Counted from the first letter of the stretch, positions 52,201 through 63,799 are shown. The stretch is 64,000 nucleotides of DNA from Hydrolagus affinis (GCA_012026655.1 JAAILG010000175.1:1-64000), one strand, 5' to 3'. Numbers and translations: made by a program. The notes: generated from the letters alone by a model not told the origin.

Positions 52201-52339
52201 CTAGATTTTCCTGCTGGTATTAAATGGATCCAGTGCTACCATCAGTGATACTGAGCTATTTTGTTGCGTAGCTGTAGTAACCATAGTTTATTGCAAAAAG
52301 TGTTCATGCTCTCCATATCTCCAGAGCTGATATTAAATC

Positions 52340-52439
52340 NNNNNNNNNNNNNNNNNNNNNNNNNNNNNNNNNNNNNNNNNNNNNNNNNNNNNNNNNNNNN
52401 NNNNNNNNNNNNNNNNNNNNNNNNNNNNNNNNNNNNNNN
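52340..52439. other. Assembly gap (100 N)
   Basis: Run of N. Confidence 1.
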
Positions 52440-52440
52440 T

Positions 52441-52584
52441 GAAAATTTAAAGCATATGAAATTTACGTTTCGCTGTTAAAAGTTGTTCTCTGAACGTTCA
52501 GCGAACGTTGACTGCGAACATTGGACGTTCGACCTCGAGCAGACGTTCAGTCAACGTTTAGTTAACATTCAAATGCTAGCTGGG
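52441..52584. mobile_element. Right end of a DNA element with a CCCAGCTAGCA terminus (CMC/EnSpm-like MITE)
   Basis: Clustered RACGTT subterminal repeats ending TGCTAGCTGGG. The left end is lost in the gap. Confidence 0.5.
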
Positions 52585-52669
52585 GGGGGTCTATAACTTC
52601 AGTTAGTCAATGCTAATAGTGTCCATTACTTACTGTTGTTACCTCACACAATCTAGACTAACATTCTAA

Positions 52670-52800
52670 TACAGTGCTGACGCTCCACTTGATTGTTGGA
52701 TGTGCTGTTCTTCAGATGAGATGTTAAACTGAGATCCACTTTACATCTTCAGGTGCACATTAAAGAAAAACTCATAGCATTTTTCAAAAATAGAAACTCC
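52670..52800 (+). mobile_element. Deu-domain SINE core
   Basis: GTTGGATGTGCTGTTCTTCAGATGAGATGTTAAACTGAGATCC...TTCAGGTGCACATTAAAG. Confidence 0.7.
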
Positions 52801-55407
52801 TTTCTCTCAGTATATAATATTATATAATCCTTGCATTTGATATACTGTAGTGTCTTATTGCATCGACGAGTCATCTCAAAGTTCTTCACAAGATACATGG
52901 TAAAAATGAATTGACAATAAAATTGGCTATTTGTAAGACATTGCTGGGCATAAATTAGCTGCCTGTTTCACTTACAAAAATATACAATCACTGCACTTTA
53001 CAGTAAAGTCCTGCGAAGCACTTTGAGATGTCCTCCCAATGTGAAAGGTGCCTGTGTGAAATGGAAAGATTTATTATTATAATAGCAGTGACTCCTGTGG
53101 GATCAGTATTCCATCACTCACAAGTTGTTGCACTAAACCTTCTTTCCTGTAAATTCTGAAACAATGGCTACATGTCATTCACCTGTCTTCAAGCATACCC
53201 TGAAATGGTTAATTAATCAGGACTGACTATGCAACTTAACACACAAGGGAAGTAAATGTTTTCTGTGCATTGTATTAACTTACTTTGTAAATTGTTGAAA
53301 AACGCCTCATTAGCTAATGTTAAATATGAGTAAATTGAAACCTGAACAATTGGAAGCCTTTTATTGACAGGAGTGATATTTGATGTCTGAAGGCTGACTG
53401 AGTTAACTGAAAAACGTTGGTAAGGCATATGGGGGCCATGTGTCAACATATTGTAACTGAAGATGCCAGTCAGTATCACTGGCATATTCCCGTTAAGGTA
53501 TGTGCAGTGTTTAAGTCATTACTGAGCCAGGGCGAGAATGGAAGTGTTGAATAATAAAATTAAATTACAGGACCAAATGATGAATGATTGGATTTGATGA
53601 GTTCACGTTTTTATTTGTTTGAGACATCATTAAGTTACTTACTGAGAACATGAAATAAGAATACATGTCTCCAGGGATGCTGAGGAGACGGAGTAATTTT
53701 TTAGCCATCCTACAATGCAGGATTCAAGTCAGTTAACAAAGCTCATGGGAATGCGCTTGACAAAGTGTGAAGAAATGGTTATTTCATAGCAAATGCTGCC
53801 AGAGATTTGAAACACAAAGGGTGGAGAGAATTCTTTCCATAGATGTGACAGCTGGATCTCTAAGATACAAGAAACTTCCTCTAATACAATCAAATGTGCC
53901 CTTCCTAAAGCAAATAGAAAAGGCAGTAACTTTAGAAGCAAAACAGAAAGCCTCCAAGAAATGTCATTTTTGATGTCCGTTCAGAACCTCTCATTACACA
54001 GTCTGAGTGTCGAGCTTCTTGCCGTGCTCTAGATAAATGAGAGGTTGCCATAGGAATGAGCTAATGTGATGTTTGTTTATGGGGAATGAAGACGTGACAG
54101 CGTTGGTGAGTGACATTTCTATTCTCAATGAAGATTTGTTCATGTAAACGAATCTGGCAGCATCATCCACTTTCTCTCAAGTGTGGAGCCACACCGAGCA
54201 GCACACAGATTGGCACTTGACAGGTTGGATGCATTTACAAGATTCTAGAACTGCCTCAGATAGGGAGAAATGCATCTGTAGCAAATGCATACATAGAGTA
54301 GTCTTCTATAGTGAAATCTTTTTGCAATGACAAAAATGGCAGATTACATGGAGGAAGGGGGTGAAATTCGGCACATGTTAGTAAAAATTAGTGACAAACA
54401 ATATTAAAAAAAACGTGCTAGCTAGCGGTCGAGTTTATTCATGTGGCTGACACGGGAAGAGTTACCTATCCGGAAGTCTTTGAGTCACGAGGAACCAGAC
54501 TAAGTATTGCTAACACTGATAAAAGGGTAGAAAGGTGGTAAATTCAAACTCATCTGCAGTAAATGATCAGCGCAACTTAAAATTGACATTGTTTCAAAGC
54601 ATTATTGAAAGACTTTTGTCTGAGGAAGCATTCTGTATTAACTAAGGGAGGGAGGAAGAGAGGGAGGGAGGGAGAGTCAAAGTGCACATCACTATTCTTT
54701 CAGAATGATTGCTTTCTGAAGCAGAATACATTAATAAAAAGTGATATGGGAGTTGAGGTCACTGAGACAGATTAACATTTTGGATCACTGAGAACATCAA
54801 TTACTATTAATCTGCAATGCTGCATATTTGACAACAATTCCTTTATAATTCTGTTATAACATCTCTCTTCACGGTAAATTCATTTTTGGCTGATTATCAG
54901 TCATTGCTGATTGCAATGTGGCCACCATGTGGCAACAAAAAACACAGTAACTACAGTTCACATTCAAATTGTGCGAAGCATTTTGAGATGTTTATGATGA
55001 TGTGATAAGGCACTATATCAAATGCAAGGATTACGATTCCAGTATAAAACAGACGCAGAGTTGCTTAACTAGGGCAAAACAGACTGTACTAAAGGATCAT
55101 ATCTGATTCAGAAATCAGTTCATTGTTCATTAAATGAAACAGAGTTACAGTGTGATCCAAATGGGATAGCCGAGCTACGCCAGGTCAAGGTGCAGAATCT
55201 ACAAAACTAGCATTTACTAGTTGTAAAAGGTAAACGCATTATGTCAATTATTGCTTAATTTCTGAATGTATTGAAACAGGTCTCTCAGCCACCTCTATTA
55301 CCATTATTATTTGTCAGAATAGCAAGTGCCATTTGCAATTGACAACTAATATTCTAGCATGAAAGCTACCCTGTGGTTAAAGGTAGTGCAGACAGACATT
55401 TTGTGTA

Positions 55408-55426
55408 GAGCTCCCCCTGCTGTGAA
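55408..55426 (-). promoter_or_regulatory. Candidate CTCF binding site
   Basis: Minus strand TCACAGCAGGGGGAGCTC resembles the CTCF core. Motif match only. Confidence 0.3.
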
Positions 55427-58400
55427 ATCATCAGTGAAGACAGTGTATTCTCGGAAGCTTTCTTTTCAGATTCACAATGTCAAACCAGAAGAACTTCAAT
55501 ACAAAATGCCTTCTCCTGGGGCTGTCTCTAACCAGTAGAAAACACAGTAACTGCTGTTGTGTTTAATCTGCACGTTAGCAGAGAACCATTGCTGTTCTGT
55601 TGGAGATTTGCCCTGAAACGAGTAACAATAACTGTAATAACTTGCATTTATTTGGTGACCTTCATGTAGAATAACATCTTGTAGCGTTTCACAGGGAGCA
55701 CAGTAAATCAGGCATCAACCAACAAAATCACGCTGGTGCCGTCTGCTGAGACCACCTGGAAGAGAGATATAGCTGTTACATGTTATAACAGAATTTAGGA
55801 GCAGATTCATTCTTAATTCACAACCGCAGTATAAAGGTACTAATCGATAGTGGCTCTGTTTCTTAATAACCTCTTAAAAAGTCTTGATCAGTCCTATTAG
55901 ATGGTCCAAGTTTTGAAGGGACAGTTTAAAAAAATTTTTATTAAAGAGTTAGTGAGTCAACTAGGGAGGGCACAGCTGTGGTCTATTTCCTTAACATTTC
56001 AGAACAGTCGCATTTTGGAAAATTCCTAAAATCAATCTTAATTTTGAAATGAACATTGATGTTTTATGAACACTCTGTAGATGAACACTGAACTGATTTC
56101 TGCAGGGTCAATTTAAGAATTGCAGAAAACCTAGAAATTAAAACTAGATTTAAGAAGCTGTCAGAATTTGAACTTAGTGAAATGTAAAAAAAAATTTGAT
56201 TGAAGCTAAACCAGGCAGAATTTCTGACCTGCACTTTGACTAACATTAAATGCTATTATACCATTTTAGAATTTTGTGCATGCCACAACAGCAGTGGTAA
56301 GGCAGTATTGACAGAGGCTGCAGGAGGCAGGATTATATTTAGTTCAAACATATTTTAGATTAGTCAACCAACAACACAAATCAACCAGTTAAATGTTTTC
56401 ACAGATTGGATCATTGAGGTTTGACTTCAGAGGCACAGTTTTTAAGCAAACCATTTGGTAACTAATAATTGTCAGAATAGCAAGGCAACTGACATATAAC
56501 ATTTGTGCGTCAAAGCACGTAGTTTAGTATCCCACCTTTGTACATTTTGCTCCTGAATATCTTCAGTTAAGAATTTTTTTAATTAATTGTAATTTAAATC
56601 ATACATATTGGGGATATTTACCGTATCAAAAGTGCCCAACTGTCCCAGGCAATGTCCTTCCAACATTGTTCTAATTGGAGATGTTTGTGAAACTGGGATG
56701 CTCGGCTGGCAGATCATAGCCTTTGACTGAAGGTTAGTAGGATATACAATGTACTAATAAAGTGACCTTATCGTTCCATAGTAGACTTTAACAGGAAAAT
56801 ATTGGAAAATAGGTGAACAATCCACTATATTATCCAAAATATTAACATTCTGCAGAGGGCAGCAAGCTCATAAGGGAACACAGAATCTTCAACAATAAAC
56901 AGAATCTTCATTTGTATGAAGTGAACACAATGGAATGAAATATGTTGCATTTCCTGATGTTAGCGATGGATTCAAATGTATTCTGGAATTCCACAATTAG
57001 CGTCGTTCCGGGAATATTACTAGTCACTAAACTTCTCCCTTCCTCTGGATGTGTTTCTTTTTGGTCAGGGAGAGGAGTTATAAAAAAATTGATGCCAGCT
57101 TTATTTCCTGGGACAACAGCCGACTTTAATTTTAGGTCAGAAAAACAGCATTTGAGTGGATATCAGGATACTACATATGGCGAAATCCTTGGGTTCATCC
57201 ATTGTATTGACGCCATGGGATAATGACAACTTTTAACAGATAGAGTGAGGATAATGGATGGTATTTGAGTAAGTTTGTAATGGTCGCCATTGCTCGTTTG
57301 ACTCTGCAGACAAACCTTTGAAATGTAGCCAAGGTTTCAGCTCACTGGCAGCCGTTGACTCCTGTGAATGAATCAACAGCTGAGTACAGTGCACAATGTA
57401 GTGAGTGCAGAAGTGGAGTCAAAATTGCAATACTGTGTTTGCAATCCAGATTTGAATCTTTAATAATATCTTGCAGTGAATTTTGGATTACAAGTTTCCC
57501 AGAAAAGCAAATCGCATATTTTCTAGTCGGCTGAGTCAAAAAACAAAGAGCAAGCAAAACCCTGCTCTCTGCAGTCAAAGTGTATTAATGTCAGCTACTT
57601 GGTGAACAGGTGAAAGAAAAGAGTTTGAGGTCAAGGCAGGTCTCAATAAGAATGTAAGGGTGGGGGGTAATCTGGCAGAACCAGCAAACTATTAAACCAC
57701 CCCAAGCCACCATGACTTAACAAGCACTTGATTCTGTCACAGAGTGCAAAAGGAAAACAAAACAAAAGCTCTTCCATTTCACAGCAATCCCAACACTAGC
57801 CTTAATTAGATTCTAAAGCAGGTTTAAGAGTAGCTACAGCCATGAAAACATTCACTGTGTGTCTGTCACTAGGTCCTGCATGACTAACATCAGATATCTG
57901 CAAATCTACACCTATTTGTTTGACATCATTCCACACTAATGATTAGCTTGGCTCCAGTTCCGAATGCTTGTAAAACCAGAAAGCCAAGTGTGCTTGTCTA
58001 CAAGCACAATCAGGCACATAATGGAGACTCCCTGGGCATTTAGCCCTGAAAGGCACCTTCAAATGTGAAACTCATCATTCTAGGCTTTGGCCAAGATGTT
58101 TCCTCTGTCGCGCTGTAGTATTGCTGGCTAGATTTAGGTCTGATTTTGAGCATCGTCAATAACTAGTTAATCCCCTAGTATTAATTGTTGCTAATTCTAC
58201 CAACTTTGCAATATTCGTAAAAGATGAAACAAGTTCCAGTGAGTCTGTGAATTTTTAAGGCTGCCGGGGTGTGAGGAAGGACTTCGGAGTCAATTGCACA
58301 GCTGCATGGAGATGACCTTTCACTCTACAGCTCTTTTCACCCTCTGGCACCTCTTTCGTGCTTTTTAGTGGGAGCTAGAAATCACATATACTTCTCTCCC

Positions 58401-60095
58401 AAATTTAATAATAATAATCCTTGCAATTTCTTTAATGCTTTTCATCTCTTCTAGATGTCTCAAAGCACTTCACAGAATATACTGTAAGGTGAAGTGACTG
58501 CATATTTGTGGGCAAAATGTGGCAGCCAATTGTGCACAACAGTGTCACACAAACAGTCTTGGATTGAAATGACCAATTCATTATTGTTTTTTGCTTGATG
58601 GATTTGATCCCTTTAAGAATATAGGCTTAGAAGCAAATTTCCTATTACTGTATAACATACATTACTGTATAAGCAATCACTCCACTTAACAAAAGAACTG
58701 CATTCATTTTGTATGGCATTCAATTTACATTAAAATATTCCACACACAGCAGCTTTCCTTCAGGAATCTCCTCCATTAATCGCTGAAGTTAAATTTATCT
58801 CATTGTTTGCTGAATTTAAAGATTTAATCTGTTCTGGATTTTTTATTTCTGTTATGAAAAATTGTAATACTGTAATACTTTTTGATTAAAAAATGCAATC
58901 CAATATAAATGGTTCTATATATTTCAAATTGAACATGGGGTCTGGCCAACCTTCTTTAAATCTTCTGAGTCCATGATGAATCCATTTTAATAACAATAGT
59001 AATTGTCTTCCTGATGTGAACGATGCTATTACAAATGTACCTTGTTGTTGTTGATACAGCACCTTATCACATCATTGAGATGTCTCAAAGAGCTTCATAG
59101 AACATATGGATTCACTATGTATGCTTGGACTGAAACTTTCCTAATTGAACTTCTCACTTGTGTGTCATCTATGTTGAGTTACTTGAGAGAAACCTGTTCC
59201 GAAAATAAATTGAGTTGGAGTGTTCCCAAATTTTGGAAATATGGGCTACAGGAATTTACAGTAGGCAAGCGATTATTCGATCCTTCAATGTCAGCTTTTC
59301 CGATCTCTGTACAGCAGAATTCACAAATTACTGATTGTTTCACCCACTAGTAGGGAACATGAGCTTGGTTTAGACTGTGGTGAGACAATGATGTGTTATT
59401 CCAATCTTAATCCTTCATTAATAAGTCCCATTTAGAAATAAGTCCCTTACACAAATGTACACTAACAATTTGAGTAGTTTCAGTTGATAACAGGGGCTAA
59501 AACATAACCAGTGTACAATCTACCATAAGTGTCATTATTACTCAGGTGTATTGTCATTTACGTTTTTCTGCATCCACGGTACTTAATAATCTGAATTTTC
59601 CTGTTGATTTAGCGCCTTTCACGCCTCAAAGCACTTCACAGGATATACTGCAAAATGAAGTGGCTGTGTGTTTTTTAGGCAAGCGCAGAATAGTTTGGAC
59701 ATTGCCATAAAGTTCCAGGCTGGTCGAAGCCTTTTTGTTATTTCTATTGCTATTTCAGAAAAAGGTTTATTTGCCATTATTGTGGTCATTTTCTTCAACT
59801 GGCAAAATCCCCACCCTCTTCACCAAAACGGGGAAGATTTGGGAGATGCATAAATAATCCTTGCATTTGATATTGTGGGTATTCACATTAACAAATGACT
59901 CAAACCACTTCACAGGATTTACTGTTGTGTATGTTTACTTGTTAGTAAATGTAGCTGCCAATTTTCATGCAGCAATGTCCATAAACAGTCATGGTGTGAA
60001 TTTCATCTGGATGATTGGGTGAAACTTCCAGCTTTTTTTGAACAGATTCATGGAACATTTAATGTCTACCATAACAGGCAGATGGGGCCTTGTTT

Positions 60096-60440
60096 TAATA
60101 ATAATCTTTGCATTTTGATGTAGTATCTTATCACATCTTTGAGATGTCTCAAAGCGCTTCACAGAATATACTGTAAAGTGAATTGACTGTACATTTTGTG
60201 GGCGAAACATGGCAGCCAATTGTTCATAGCAGTGGCCAGCAAATCGTAGTGAATATTTTGAAAGGAATTTTTACCCCGGGAAAAGCGATCCACCAATTGA
60301 CTAAATATCAGGTTCCTACTCACTGCTAGGTAAACAGCAGCATGTGCAGTAAGGAAACCTGCCCAACGTTTCGCCCTGCCGGGAAACAAACCCAGGTCTT
60401 TTGCTTGCGTGATGAATGCTTTAACTACTGATCCACAACG
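60096..60440 (-). mobile_element. Near full-length tRNA-derived SINE (long-body subfamily)
   Basis: Head TCAGTAGTTAAAGCATTC...CCTGGGTTTGTTTCCC, TTTACCTAGCAGTGAGTAGGAACC block, shared tail. Confidence 0.85.
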
Positions 60441-62134
60441 TCTCATCCAAAGGAGAATGCAGGATGTGAGCCCCCTGCAATGTAAGATCTGAATAAAAAT
60501 AACCCTAACCATAACCAGCCAACTTCTGTCAGCAATTGCCTTGTCACTTGTTATTATTAAGTAATTATTTGTTATTATTCCTCCTCCGATTTCCTAATTT
60601 TCTCTCTGCAAGGTGTTGACTCTTCCTGGGTACATTGCACAAGTGACCATTTTTGGCGTGTGAGACAGACAGTGAGTGTTGGTACCCCATTCCACCAGCA
60701 GAGCTATCATAGCCTGCCTTCCCCTATATGATTTTTCCTTCTCTTTCCTGGGACCTGGGATTAATTTCAACAGGGATGTAATGTGAACTGCAAGAAACTC
60801 CTGATTTGTACAGATCAGTTTTGCTTAAAGTTCTAATAGTAATCCGTGTCTGTCCATGGGAAGACACTGAAACATTTGGGAGGGGGGGATCGAGAAAAAA
60901 AACTACCATTAATAATAAATTGGTTCCTCAATCCACGACTGTTTGTGTGACACTTCTGTGTGCACTTGGCTGTCGTGCATCGCCCACATAATACATTGGA
61001 ACTCCTCGCTAAACAATATATATCGTCCCATTATACATTGTTTTGATTATACGTTGTTGATGAATTAATAAATACGTAGTTATTTAATAATAAATAAGTA
61101 GTTAGAAACAATAATTAGAAAATTTGATTAATTGAAGGGATATTAACTGATTACATTTTACATTAGTTTAGAAAATATATAAAGATAATAAATACAATTA
61201 AGAGAACACTTACTGGAGATGGTTGATATGGTCAGTGGGCAGGGCCTGTGTGGCGGGAATGACGGGAGTGGCAGTGAAGCCACCTCTGGGCTTCAACTCA
61301 GCCGTCAACTGAAGGTACATCTGAAACTCGGGCCTTTTTTTTTCCGCTGTGGCTCTAGCAACTCAGGATTCATAGAACATCAGGTAAGTGTAATAGTGGA
61401 AACCTTACGGTGGCAACTAAAGCTATTACTCTCTTTCTCTTTGGCATTTTTCTACACTCCGAGGTTTGGCAATACTATGTGGACTCCATGCAAGATGTCC
61501 GACATCTGAACACACATGAGCCAATCTCTGGATCACATTGTAGGCCGAGACAGGAAGCTCTTAGGAACAAAGGCTGAGGTTTGATGGGGACAGGACGAGG
61601 GAGATGTTGTTAGATTAATGTGGAGCTCACAGAGCAGGTTAAGGCTAGAGTTGCTGTTGTTGGTGAGCACGGAATGCAGGAACACAAACATTGGGGTTAT
61701 CCATTGTAATAGTGACTGTAAAATGAGGTTTAATCATTTCTGTTACAATAGTTTGAGTAGAGATCAGAGAGTGAAGTTGTTTGGACTTGGGGAACATAGA
61801 GTAGCTGTGTGAAGGTTGGTTGAGTTCATTTACCCAGAGGCAGTGCCTGCAAAGGTTGCGTCAGTCAATCAGCCAGTCAGTCGGCTACACCCCTGGCCAC
61901 AGGCCGACCCGGCGGCCAGCGGTGAAGTCGGTCGGCTATGGGCGGGAGGGGGCGGAGTCGTTCAGATGAAGGGGTGGGATTACCAGAGGCTCCTCCTGCA
62001 TTATGCCTCATCACCAAACAGCTGATTGCTGGCACATGTTTGCTCCTTCATACATTTCGACAACTTTAGACAAAATTTACGAAGGCGCAAATAGGTGCCA
62101 GCGATCATCTTGGAATTCTATCCCCCAATCCCTT

Positions 62135-62234
62135 NNNNNNNNNNNNNNNNNNNNNNNNNNNNNNNNNNNNNNNNNNNNNNNNNNNNNNNNNNNNNNNNNN
62201 NNNNNNNNNNNNNNNNNNNNNNNNNNNNNNNNNN
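62135..62234. other. Assembly gap (100 N)
   Basis: Run of N. Confidence 1.
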
Positions 62235-62410
62235 CCTCTTCGACCGTGCCTTTTGTTCCACCCCGAATTTTTCGACCTCCCATTCGTGTTTCACCCCCGC
62301 CCAAACACTCCCCTCCCAGCTCGGGTCATACTCCCCCTGTGCAGCGCCTTGGGACGTCCTCCCGACGTGAAAGGCGCTCTATAAATGTAATTTGTTGTTG
62401 TTGTTGTTGT
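62235..62410 (+). mobile_element. Young L2 (family B) 3' end
   Basis: CpG-intact hairpin AGCGCCTTGGGACGTCCTCCCGACGTGAAAGGCGCT and (GTT)n tail. Confidence 0.88.
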
Positions 62411-62734
62411 TTGGTGACGCAGCGTGAGGGAGGAAGAGGCCTTTCTGGTAATCCCGCCCCCTCATCTGAATGACTCTGCCCCCCCTCTCGTCACTTTATT
62501 AAACATTAATTTTAATTTTCAATACTAGTAGTGTTGTTTTTGCTCTTAATTTAATATTAGTGTATTAAAATTTAGACCAGAAATGTATCAAAGGAATGTA
62601 ACCCCTATTTATATCATTAGGCCTATGTAATTTAGGTTTCTCCATACGTCGTTTCAATTAAAGTCGCGTTTTTCAAGAACACATCCCCAACTTTAATTGA
62701 GGAGTCCCAGTACAGTCAATTTACTTTACAGCAT

Positions 62735-62860
62735 CAAAGTAAAAGCTCCAGTTCTGATGAAGGGTTGTAGACCCGAAACTTTGACTCACTTTCCTTTCTC
62801 CATGGATGCTGCCTGACCTGCTGAGTTTTCCCAGCAACTTCTGTTTTTGTTACTTTCCAG
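62735..62860 (+). mobile_element. Penelope-type terminal-repeat fragment with a hammerhead-like core at 62750-62786
   Basis: AGTT-CTGATGA-A-GGGT-TGTAG-ACCC-GAAA-CTTT-GACT, followed by the same downstream sequence as the 14.9 kb element. Confidence 0.7.
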
Positions 62861-63799
62861 CATATTCGGTGAAGCACTTTGAGATAAGACGAAGATGTGA
62901 TAATGCGCTTTATCAAAATGCAAGGATTATTATTATTGTAAGGGGTTATAACCTCTCTTGTGTTTAAGTAAACATTCTCCTCCGACTATTTGACAGATTT
63001 AAATAAAGATGCAAAAGATTTTGTGGTGGAAATGGATAGCAAAAGCATAAATTCGCACTTGTTCCAGTACAATTTTAACATGGCCACAAAATCGTGCTTA
63101 TTCCAAGTAGGAGTGGTTAAAGCAACACACGAGAGGAGAGAGAGCACTAGGCAGCCTGGCTGTTGGACATATTTTTATACCACCACAAATTCAGTACTTG
63201 GAGCCTTCCAGTCCTGGTCTAGCAGTAACTTCACCTTTAGACAGTTCAAAATAAACTGAGCTGTTTGCTTATTTTGAAACCTATAAATTAGTAGTGTTTA
63301 TAGTGGCAATTGAATGAGGAATTGAAATTTTTCTTTGGTGTCTTGGCTCCCATCTGCCACTATAAACAAGGTAACAAAGAGGCAGGTTTCATTCTGTTGC
63401 TGTGAATTGCTAAGCTGCTGGCAGCTTCCTGCACAGATTCCAACACCGTCTGTCTCCAGGATATAGTTTCAAAAATAACTCCACTTTGTTTGCACATGTT
63501 AAGAGAGGTTTAAATTTTTTTAAAAAAGAAAACAGAGGAGTTTAGCTGAGTTAAGCATGATTGTTAGAGCATGGTACATAATCTCCAGTTCTTTTTAGGA
63601 TAAAGAACTTGACAGAGCAGTTGGTGAGAGTTGATGCATAGAATTCTAAGCAAAACACTATATATAAAGGCTGCTATATAAATGCACAAGCTGTTGTTAT
63701 TGTTGTTTTACAGAGAGCCTGGATTTGCAACAATGGAAACTTTTTCTAAGGAAGTGATCATGATGCATTCAAAGAGCTAACAGGAGAATCCAATACATG

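Larger units (their letters stand above)
60994..62710. mobile_element. Tigger/pogo-like non-autonomous DNA element (~1.7 kb as assembled, contains a gap)
   Basis: TA at both flanks. Eroded TIRs CATTGGAACTCCTCGCTAAAC and CTTTAATTGAGGAGTCCCAG. Tigger-like subterminal TTTTCAAGAACACATCCCC. No transposase ORF recognised. Confidence 0.6.
60905..62937 (+). mobile_element. SINE 3' half split by a Tigger-like element and a Penelope-type fragment
   Basis: ...CGCCCACATAA|TA at 60993 resumes as TA|CAGTCAATTTACTTTACAG at 62711 and finishes at 62861-62937 with the hairpin and (TTA)n. Confidence 0.75.

Noticed and set aside
8195-57540. AP-1 (TGAGTCA) motif enrichment
   Set aside because: The handful of sites I saw is about what chance predicts for a 7-mer on both strands of 64 kb.
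61400-61448. Minus-strand MPKRKRVIAL resembling a Tigger transposase N-terminus
   Set aside because: The frame closes within ~25 codons and no HTH or DDE motifs follow.
5668-62410. CRISPR-like array suggested by recurring hairpin repeats
   Set aside because: Copies are dispersed kilobases apart on both strands with microsatellite tails and no regular spacers or cas genes.
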